The notes below the pieces were generated by a model. The model worked only from the letters and a program-made list of their open reading frames with translations, had not been told where the DNA came from and did no database searches. A stretch of DNA of 64,000 nt from an uncultured Alphaproteobacteria bacterium (GTDB lineage: Bacteria; Pseudomonadota; Alphaproteobacteria; Sphingomonadales; Sphingomonadaceae): positions 485,460 to 549,459 of the forward strand of contig CAVZRM010000001.1 in assembly GCA_963777795.1 (NCBI GenBank), in the 5' to 3' direction. Within the stretch, counting starts at the first letter, position 1. The number at the start of each line of letters is the position of its first letter. Shown piece by piece: positions 57,083 to 64,000 of this stretch. Both the position numbers and the translations under genes were made by a program.

Positions 57083-57325
57083 TCAGCGCCCCGGCAAACG
57101 CACTTTCAGCACGGTGAAGATATAGACCACGACCCCGGCGAGCAGCAGCCCGGCAATGATCGGCTGGTCATGGTTGCCAAGATAATTTGCGACCGCGCAG
57201 CCCAGGGCCGGGGGGGCGTATTGCCACAGCTTGTCTTTCGGCTCGTCCTCGCTCGAACGCTGGAGAAGGAGCGTGGCGAGCCCTGCGAAAATGAATACCG
57301 TCACCCAGTCCCAGATCGTCTCCAC
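57083..57325 (-). CDS. XrtV sorting-system accessory protein
   Basis: METIWDWVTVFIFAGLATLLLQRS...WQYAPPALGCAVANYLGN; near the exosortase V gene. Confidence 0.8.
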   Translation of the reverse strand: METIWDWVTVFIFAGLATLLLQRSSEDEPKDKLWQYAPPALGCAVANYLGNHDQPIIAGLLLAGVVVYIFTVLKVRLPGR

Positions 57326-57463
57326 GGCATTCTCCCAGCGTTGTCGCTCGCATGGTCGCGACCCGGTCGCAACCTCGCATTTATCCAGTCCCGGCGTCTT
57401 TGCCCGCACTTGCCGCACTTCACAATGGTCCGGACGAAAATCGTTGCGGGGGAACACAAAACG

Positions 57464-57495
57464 AAAAAGGCCGCAGCACATGAAATGCTGCGGCC
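57464..57495 (-). terminator. Rho-independent terminator of the PEP-CTERM gene
   Basis: ggccgcagca / tgctgcggcc stem followed by T5 on the minus strand. Confidence 0.75.
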
Positions 57496-57518
57496 ACCGT
57501 CCCGGCCCGACGCGTGAA

Positions 57519-58250
57519 TCAGATGAAGCGGACCCGCGTCTGGGGGGCACCGTTGCGCTTGCGCATCGCCAGACCGATCCCGCCGAAGCCGAGCAGCATC
57601 GTCATCCACGCAGCCGGCTCGGGCACCGGCGCCGTGGGGCGGCCGACAGCCGATCCGGCACCGTTGGCGGCACCCGCCACCGACTGGTAGCGCACGAAGA
57701 AGTTGGTCAGCTGGACCGTCGCTGGTGCAACGGCAAAGGTCAGGGCCAGGCTGCCGCTGACCGAAGTGCCCTGGGTGATGCCCTTGCCGGCACCACCGCT
57801 GCAATTGTTACCGACAACCGCCCGGACGCAGAATTCGGCAGCACCGAAATTGGGCACTGTGCCGTTGGGGCTGACGTTGGGGGCGTCGTAAATTCCGGTG
57901 GCCACCGCGCTGATGATGTCAGGGTTCGAGTTGAAACCGAACAGCGGAATCCGCGAGGCAGTGATCGGCGTCGAGGAGGTGTTCTCGATCAGATAGGCAA
58001 AAGTGGCTGTGTTGCCGATCAGGCTGCTGAAAGTCAGAGTCAGCTTCGAGGTCAGGCCGCCGATCACCGTGGCGGGATCGCCGCCGAAGCCGTCGAAATG
58101 GATCGTCGCCGAACCGCCGCTGGCCCCCGAAGTGGTCAGCGTGGTGCCAGTGCCAGTGCCCGTCAAGGTGACCGCAGCCTGCGCCGGAACCGCAGCGAGC
58201 AGCGCCGGGCCGGCGGCCAGCAGCACCAGGGTCTTGAGGTATAGATTCAT
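57519..58250 (-). CDS. PEPxxWA-CTERM protein (cistern-family-like)
   Basis: Signal peptide; GLTSKLTLTF, NTSSTPITASR, FGFNSNP, FFVRYQSV; VPEPAAWMTMLLGFGGIGLAMRKR. Confidence 0.88.
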   Translation of the reverse strand: MNLYLKTLVLLAAGPALLAAVPAQAAVTLTGTGTGTTLTTSGASGGSATIHFDGFGGDPATVIGGLTSKLTLTFSSLIGNTATFAYLIENTSSTPITASRIPLFGFNSNPDIISAVATGIYDAPNVSPNGTVPNFGAAEFCVRAVVGNNCSGGAGKGITQGTSVSGSLALTFAVAPATVQLTNFFVRYQSVAGAANGAGSAVGRPTAPVPEPAAWMTMLLGFGGIGLAMRKRNGAPQTRVRFI

Positions 58251-58366
58251 CTGCGTTCTCCTGTCGCCAGCCGGCGTGGTAACCATCCAGAACGACCGGA
58301 CCCGCACTGCTTTCAGGCGGAAATCCTGTCGATCCTTCAATCGTCCGCTGGCGGCGGCTCGCTCGA

Positions 58367-58381
58367 TTAACGGTCTGTTTA
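58367..58381. promoter_or_regulatory. CtrA-like box TTAA-N7-TTTA
   Basis: One mismatch; ~117 bp upstream of the 58250 start. Confidence 0.45.
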
Positions 58382-58530
58382 CCCAGCATATTTGCCTTGG
58401 CAAGCCAGGGCGCAGCGCAGCAAAATGGCCGTCCCGTTGCGAGACGATGGTCAGGTGAAATGCTAACGTGGTATCGGGGCGTGTTGCATGAATTCCGCAT
58501 CGATCATTGCGGAGCCAGAGCGACCTTGTC

Positions 58531-58820
58531 CCCCTCCCGCTGGCGGGAGGGGTCAGGGGTGGGCCAGTCGGACGAAGTCGGCGGCCTGGGGTGAATGGCC
58601 TGACTCACCCACCCCCAACCCCTCCCGCTGGCGGGAGGGGGGGCTATCGCATATTCCCACATTCGTCACCCTGAACTTGTTTCAGGGCCCATCGTGCCGC
58701 AAGCCCGGAGCAAGCCGGACAGGGCCAAACCGTCAGGAATTCTCCCGAATACCTCGCTCCGGGTGTTCCGAGACATGGGTCCTGAAACAAGTTCAGGATG
58801 ACGAACAATGAGAGCTCAGG
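58531..58820. repeat. Composite REP/MITE cluster; inverted copy of the 33.1-33.3 kb element
   Basis: cccctcccgctggcgggagggg palindromes at 58531 and ~58620; 58644-58816 is the reverse complement of ~33160-33335 with near-identical ends and a divergent middle. Confidence 0.8.
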
Positions 58821-58964
58821 CGAACATCCGATAGCCCTGCCGCGCAGGCGAGGACCTCCGTCCGGCAAACGCAAGGACCCGCCAAGCCGGATGAGTATTC
58901 CGCAAGCCGCAGGGCAGTGCAGCCATGCGGTTGCCGTCACCAGACGTGACAGAACCCAACGCGA

Positions 58965-58998
58965 CAGGGCCGCCGCACCGCTAGGTGCGACGGCCCTG
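58965..58998 (-). terminator. Hairpin downstream of the PEP-CTERM gene
   Basis: cagggccg(c)cgcacc / ggtgcg(a)cggccctg stem. Confidence 0.5.
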
Positions 58999-59023
58999 GT
59001 TCAGACCCTTGCGGGCCAATTGG

Positions 59024-59611
59024 TCAGCCGAAACGGACGCGCGTCTGGCTGGTGCCATTGCGCTTGCGCATGGCCAGACCGATCCCGCCGAAGCCGAGCA
59101 TCATCAGCAGCCACGTTGCCGGTTCGGGAACCGAAGGCGTCCCGTTGGTGAACAGCCGGGCATTGGACAGTCCGGGCAGATTGAGCGTCAGGATGTCGCC
59201 ACCGTTGTTGACCTTGAAGAACGCCGTGCCACTATAGCCGATACCACCGGCACCAACGGCACCGCCCACGTGAACCGCCAGAACCGAAGTGCCGGTCAGG
59301 AGCGTTGCGAAGTTGATTGCATTTCCGCTCAGGCTCGGAAGGGTTTCAAGAATCGGCAGCGTAGCGCCGGTGAAGCTCGTGCCCAGCAGGGCGTTGACGG
59401 CTGTGGCCGAGTCGGCCAGGTCCGTCGCGTTTCCGCTGACGAGATTGCCCACATACCAGCCAGAGCAAGCGCTGGCCGTGGGGGAGATGTTGGTGTTTGC
59501 GCAATTTGTGGCACCCAGCACCAGAGCCGCAGAGGCCGGGGTCGAGGTTCCAACCAGGCACGCAGCCGCGAGCGCCAGAGCCGATACTCTGCGAGCGATC
59601 TTCATGTTCAA
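59024..59611 (-). CDS. PEPxxWA-CTERM surface protein
   Basis: Signal peptide; VPEPATWLLMMLGFGGIGLAMRKR; LSNARLF. Confidence 0.9.
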   Translation of the reverse strand: MNMKIARRVSALALAAACLVGTSTPASAALVLGATNCANTNISPTASACSGWYVGNLVSGNATDLADSATAVNALLGTSFTGATLPILETLPSLSGNAINFATLLTGTSVLAVHVGGAVGAGGIGYSGTAFFKVNNGGDILTLNLPGLSNARLFTNGTPSVPEPATWLLMMLGFGGIGLAMRKRNGTSQTRVRFG

Positions 59612-59735
59612 TCTCCTAAATCCCGCCTGGCGAGAGGACGAATAGAATCGCCAACGCGTGGGACAGAAGCCCGCGTTGCCAGACCGACGATGTACTGCGT
59701 GCCCGGCGGCGTTCGCTCAACGCGAGTCGCCTTTA

Positions 59736-59751
59736 TGAATCACTGGTTAAC
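59736..59751. promoter_or_regulatory. CtrA-like box TGAA-N7-TTAAC
   Basis: One mismatch; ~125 bp upstream of the 59611 start. Confidence 0.45.
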
Positions 59752-59919
59752 CCGACTTGTTAGGAAATGCAAAACCATTTTGCAGTGCGGCAGTCCGTGA
59801 GTCCCGGATCGGGACAATTGCGCGGGAAAAAGCGAAAATTTGCAATGTTGCGCGGCTATGATCGACTGACACAGGGGAAGCCGCGATCCGGCAGGGGTGC
59901 TTCGTCTGGCAGAGCGGCC

Positions 59920-60912
59920 CTATTGCCCGGTCCCGTCGGGCTGGGGACGCGCCTCGGGATTGCCGCCCTGGTTCGAATACAAGGTGCCGGATGCTTCGTC
60001 GGCGAGCAGCTTGCCCGCCTGGCTATCGGCCGCGACCGCAGCGCTTGAGGCCGCAGGGTTTCCGGGCAAGGCAAGCTGGCCCTTCGCCTCGTCGGCCAGC
60101 AGCCTGGTCAGCGGCGTGTTGTCCGCCGCCAGAAAATCCGTAGCCGTCGCTGCGGGCAGCTCGATTGCTGCTTCGGTTGAACCCAGCGCCAGCTCCTGCG
60201 GTTCCCCCTGATAGCGGCTGGAGAAGGCCGCGCGCCTGCCCCAGTAACCGGGCCAGCGGTAAAAGATGTGCGCCCCGACCGTGGCCAGCTTGGTCAGCGA
60301 GTCCGCCCAGTAGGGCAAGATCCATACGGTGTGGTAATGGGTTGCGGTGCCGACCGATGGTTCGACCCAGCCGTTCAGCGCCGCTGCGGCGATTCCCGCA
60401 GCACGGTCCCATGCCGCGCGTGACGGACGCCGCGCCAGACTGCCGTCGCAGGTGAAGGAGAACTGGCAGCCGGTCTTGCGTTCGGAGCCCTGGTAGACCA
60501 CTCCGCACACGCTGTGCGGGAAGGCGGGATGGCGCACGCGGTTGAGCACGACCTGCGCCACCCCTCGCTGGCCCTGTACCGTTTCGCTGGCGGCTTCGTA
60601 GTAGATCGCCGCAGTCAGACAATCGAGCGCGGTGCCACGTGACAAGACGTCCGACAAGGCCGGTGCCACGAGAAATGGGCTCGCCGCTTCGACCGGCTCG
60701 GCTGAAGTCGCGATCGCGGCGTTGGCGGCGACCGCCTGTTCGGCGGTGAGCGGCCGGATGAGATTTTCGGGCAGCGGCGGCGGAGCGGCGGGACCCAGGC
60801 GCACGCGCGCCTCCGGTGCCCGCCCACTGTCGTACAGCGCGGCAAGCCCAAGCCCGATCAGTCCGGCTGCCGCGATCCAGATGCACCACGCCAGAACGCG
60901 CCGGGCGCGCAA
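59920..60912 (-). CDS. Cell wall hydrolase (Hydrolase_2/SleB family)
   Basis: CLTAAIYYEA, VAQVVLNRVRHPAFP, VCGVVYQG, CQFSFTCDG, ATHYH, HIFYR. Confidence 0.9.
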   Translation of the reverse strand: MRARRVLAWCIWIAAAGLIGLGLAALYDSGRAPEARVRLGPAAPPPLPENLIRPLTAEQAVAANAAIATSAEPVEAASPFLVAPALSDVLSRGTALDCLTAAIYYEAASETVQGQRGVAQVVLNRVRHPAFPHSVCGVVYQGSERKTGCQFSFTCDGSLARRPSRAAWDRAAGIAAAALNGWVEPSVGTATHYHTVWILPYWADSLTKLATVGAHIFYRWPGYWGRRAAFSSRYQGEPQELALGSTEAAIELPAATATDFLAADNTPLTRLLADEAKGQLALPGNPAASSAAVAADSQAGKLLADEASGTLYSNQGGNPEARPQPDGTGQ

Positions 60913-61147
60913 GCCCTTGGCGCTCGGCGAGAATTTGACTGGTCGAAGTTCGGCAGGGCGAATGGCGATGTCCTCGAAGCGCGGAAGCGGTTGGCGTTGG
61001 TCCGATTAACCGCCAATGACCGCAGCGGGCCAGCGCGTAAACCTTTTGCGCAGAACCGCCCCAGCTTCGGACACCTCGCGAGCCCCGAAGTATCCGCGAT
61101 TGCGCCCAGGCAAAGGCATCCGTATATAGCCGGTCTGCGCTTCTGCA

Positions 61148-62164
61148 GTGCGTTGGAATGTCCCTGATTTCATGACGATGTATGCAACGATCGCCGATAC
61201 GGCCCCGAAAGGGTCCGGCCATGGCCTGCCCAGCGATAGTCGGCTGGACGTTCCCGGGATCCCGAGCGAGCCTGGGGAATCGTCGGCTCTGCCCGGGCGT
61301 TCCGCTGCTGCGCTGTCCTGGGCCGCGCTCATCGCGCTGGTTGCCGGTGCCGTTGCACTGGCGCTGCCGACGATGCTGTTCGTCGCGCAAGAGAGCTGGG
61401 GCAGCGAGCAGGGCGCGCATGGCCCGATCGTGCTGTTCACCGGGTTATGGCTGCTTTTTCGCCTATGGCCTGCCGCTAGCCGCCGTATCAGCCGGCCGCA
61501 GTTGGGAAGGGTCGTTCTGGCTTTCGCGGTGGTCTTGCCTGCCTTCGTGCTCGCGCGGATCACCCAGATCATCGAACTCGAAGGCTACCTCATGTATGCC
61601 ACATTGCTGATCGCGCTGTGGAGCGTGATCGGCACCGCAGCATTGCGCGCGTTGTGGTTTCCGCTGTTCTATCTCGCGTTCATCTTTCCGCCACCGGAGT
61701 CGATCGTCGCCGCAGTCACGCTGCCGATGAAGATGGAGCTGTCGCGGGTCGCGGTAGGACTGCTGACGCTGCTCGGCTATCCGATCGGGCGGGAAGGGGT
61801 GATGATCTATATCGGCCAGTACGAACTCCTGGTTGCCGCTGCGTGCTCGGGGCTCAATTCGATTGTTTCGCTTTCGGCCATCTCGCTGTTCTACATCTAC
61901 ATGCGGCACCAGGCCGAATGGCGCTACGCGGCGTTTCTGGTGCTGTTCATCGTGCCGGTAGCGTTGATCGCCAACTTCGTGCGGGTGCTGATCCTGATCC
62001 TGCTGACCTACCATATGGGTGAGGCCGCAGCGCAGGGGTTCCTCCACAATTTTGCCGGGCTGGTGATGTTTGCAGCGGCACTTGTCACGATTTTCGGGCT
62101 CGATGCGGTGCTCAAGCCGTTGTGGGACCGGATGCGTCTGCGCATGGCTGGAGCTGGCCGATGA
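61148..62164 (+). CDS. xrtV: Exosortase V (start uncertain)
   Basis: HGPIV, LFYLAFIFPPP, VAAACSGLNS, ANFVRV, LHNFAG; followed by EpsI. Confidence 0.9.
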   Translation: MRWNVPDFMTMYATIADTAPKGSGHGLPSDSRLDVPGIPSEPGESSALPGRSAAALSWAALIALVAGAVALALPTMLFVAQESWGSEQGAHGPIVLFTGLWLLFRLWPAASRRISRPQLGRVVLAFAVVLPAFVLARITQIIELEGYLMYATLLIALWSVIGTAALRALWFPLFYLAFIFPPPESIVAAVTLPMKMELSRVAVGLLTLLGYPIGREGVMIYIGQYELLVAAACSGLNSIVSLSAISLFYIYMRHQAEWRYAAFLVLFIVPVALIANFVRVLILILLTYHMGEAAAQGFLHNFAGLVMFAAALVTIFGLDAVLKPLWDRMRLRMAGAGR

Positions 62165-62871
62165 CCGATCCGAACGACCTTGGGCCGATGCGCCAGCCGC
62201 TCCAGTTCGGACGCCGCCACATGTTGATCGGGGCTGCGATGTTCGCTGCCTCGGGCATCGCGGTCGCGCGAATGCCCAGCGCCTATGCCTCGCCGATCGA
62301 CAAGAAGCGCTTCCTCGCCTGGATGCCCGATACGGTCGGGCCGTGGAACTTTGTCAGGGCCAGCGGAGTCGTCCTGCCGCCGTCGGACGCCTTGCTCGAC
62401 CGGACCTACGACAATCTCGTAACCCGGGTTTACGAGGCTCCGAACCACATGGCGATCATGCTGCTGATCGCTTACAACAATACGCAGGACGGCGTGCTGC
62501 AGGTTCACCGGCCCGAAGTTTGCTACCCGGTCGGCGGCTTTGCCCTCTCGCCGACAATGCCGGGCAGCCTGGCGCTGCCAGGGCGCAGTCTGCCGATCAA
62601 CGCGTTCAGCGCGGTCGGACCGGACCGGACCGAGCAGGTGCTCTACTGGACAAGGGTCGGGACCGCATTCCCGCGCACCTGGGCTGAACAGCGCATGGCA
62701 GTGGCCGAAGCCAACATCGCCGGGCGCATTCCCGACGGAGCCATGTTGCGTGTCTCGGTAATCGGCGACAGCTTCGCTGTGGCACGGCCCGAGCTCGAAC
62801 GTTTTTCGCGTGATTTCCTTGCCGCCAGCCCGGAACCGCTAGGGCGCGTGTTGCTCGGACCGAAAGCGTGA
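62161..62871 (+). CDS. epsI: Exosortase-associated EpsI-family protein
   Basis: YDNLVTRVY, QDGVLQVHRPEVCYPVGGF, YWTRVG, PDGAMLRVS. Confidence 0.88.
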   Translation: MTDPNDLGPMRQPLQFGRRHMLIGAAMFAASGIAVARMPSAYASPIDKKRFLAWMPDTVGPWNFVRASGVVLPPSDALLDRTYDNLVTRVYEAPNHMAIMLLIAYNNTQDGVLQVHRPEVCYPVGGFALSPTMPGSLALPGRSLPINAFSAVGPDRTEQVLYWTRVGTAFPRTWAEQRMAVAEANIAGRIPDGAMLRVSVIGDSFAVARPELERFSRDFLAASPEPLGRVLLGPKA

Positions 62872-62923
62872 ACGCACCGGATCGAATACATTGAATCCAG
62901 AAACAACAGGGAGTTATTAGTCC

Positions 62924-63802
62924 ATGCGCCGAATCCTGCCGCCTGCGGCCGCTGTCGCCTGCATCCTGGTCCTAGCCGGATGCAGTCGCGAGCCCACCGG
63001 ACAAGTCGTGGCCGTCGTCGGCGACGATGAAATTACGCTCCAGGAGATCAACGCCGAAATCGGCAACGCGCAATTGCCCAAGAACGTCAACGTCAAGGAC
63101 GTTCAGCGGCTTGCGCTCGAGCGGATCGTCGAACGCCGGCTGCTCGCCGACGTCGCCCGCGATCAGGAACTCGACAAGAAGCCCGATTTTCTCATTCGCG
63201 AGCGCCAGCTCGCCGATGCGCTGCTGGTCCAGCAACTCGGGGAACACGCCGGACGCTCGATCAGGGTCCCGGACGGCGCGGCGCTCGACAAATACGTCGA
63301 GGCCCATCCCACGACCTTCGCGAAACGCGAGATTCTCCAGCTCGACCAGATCCGCTTCCAGATGCCTGCCGAACCGGATAAACTGCGCGCGCTGGAGGCA
63401 GATCATTCGATGGCAGCGGTCGCGACCAGGCTCCAGCAAATGGGGATCGAGTTCCAGCGCGGCGCCGCCGGGCTCGATACGGCGGTCGTGCCACAGGCCG
63501 TTTTCGCCCGGATCGAAGGGCTTCCCGCCGGCGAGCCGTTCGTTATTCCGCAGAACGGGGTCGTCACCGTTTCGGCCATCGTCGGGCGCAGGCCCGCAGC
63601 GCTGGTTGGCGAAGCGGCGCGCCCGGTCGCGGTGCAGCTGATCCGCAACGAAGAACTGGCCAAGGGGCTCAAGCAGCGGCTGGACGCCAAGCGGGCGGAA
63701 ACCGAAATCAAGTATCAGGACGGCTTCGCGCCGCCCAAACCGGGAGCCTCGCCCGCTGCGTCAGCCTCGGCTGCGGCACCCGTTTCGCCAGCGAAGAAGT
63801 AG
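62924..63802 (+). CDS. EpsD-family peptidyl-prolyl isomerase-like lipoprotein
   Basis: Lipobox LAG-C, GQVVAVVGDDEIT, LERIVERRLL, located after epsI. Confidence 0.8.
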   Translation: MRRILPPAAAVACILVLAGCSREPTGQVVAVVGDDEITLQEINAEIGNAQLPKNVNVKDVQRLALERIVERRLLADVARDQELDKKPDFLIRERQLADALLVQQLGEHAGRSIRVPDGAALDKYVEAHPTTFAKREILQLDQIRFQMPAEPDKLRALEADHSMAAVATRLQQMGIEFQRGAAGLDTAVVPQAVFARIEGLPAGEPFVIPQNGVVTVSAIVGRRPAALVGEAARPVAVQLIRNEELAKGLKQRLDAKRAETEIKYQDGFAPPKPGASPAASASAAAPVSPAKK

Positions 63803-63845
63803 CGCGCCGATACGCATTCCGGGCGCGGGGATCGAGGGCTGGGCG

Positions 63846-64000
63846 ATGCGCATCGGGTTCGCCCTGTCCGGATTCCACCGCCATGATCGCGGTGCCGAAA
63901 TCGCTTTGCTCGCGGTCGCCGATGCCCTGGCGAGGGGCGGCGACTCGGTGGTGGTGTTCGGATCGGGACGCGAGCGGTCGGGGTGCGCCTATGAATTCCG
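63846..64000 (+). CDS. Probable glycosyltransferase family 4, N-terminus (3'-truncated)
   Basis: MRIGFALSGFHRHDRGAEIALLAVADALARGGDSVVVF; open to the window end. Confidence 0.6.
   Translation, partial: MRIGFALSGFHRHDRGAEIALLAVADALARGGDSVVVFGSGRERSGCAYEF

Noticed and set aside
54850-59900. Sigma54 (-24/-12) promoters upstream of PEP-CTERM genes; prophage around the spike genes
   Set aside because: No correctly spaced GG-N10-GC found by eye; no capsid, terminase, portal or integrase genes present

Overview
GC-rich alphaproteobacterial chromosome segment. The exosortase V / PEPxxWA-CTERM system, crt genes and REP types point to Sphingomonadales, possibly Novosphingobium-like (inference). Contents from left to right: (1) 3' end of a PBP1A gene. 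(2) A MarR-led acyl-CoA catabolic cluster at 0.9-10 kb: phosphotransferase, acyl-CoA dehydrogenase, SDR, quinone reductase, two non-canonical crotonases, EthD-like and KstD-like genes. (3) An AT-rich islet at 10-13 kb. (4) A nucleotidyltransferase, galE and an SGNH esterase. (5) A complete, rearranged carotenoid cluster (crtG-like, crtY, crtB, crtZ, crtI, crtE). (6) A reduced virB T4SS (B1, 2, 3, 4, 6, 9, 10, 11; no B5, B7, B8 or D4 in the operon). (7) A ~30 kb surface-polysaccharide / PEP-CTERM / exosortase V locus. The two most notable items are both in this last locus. One is a full Dlt-like acyl-transfer cassette (ACP, adenylation enzyme, GNAT, MBOAT, a DltX-like microprotein ending FFYQQF, DltD-like SGNH protein), sitting between two directly repeated DUF1996 lipoprotein genes in a Gram-negative. 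The other is a GTA head-spike base homologue (Rcc01079/GhsA family) translationally coupled to a signal-less SGNH-esterase fibre-like protein beside the priming glycosyltransferase. CtrA-like TTAA-N7-TTAA boxes precede the T4SS, PEP-CTERM genes and a DUF1996 gene. Several genes carry single-base indels that look like sequencing errors. No rRNA, tRNA, CRISPR array, integrase or transposase was recognised.
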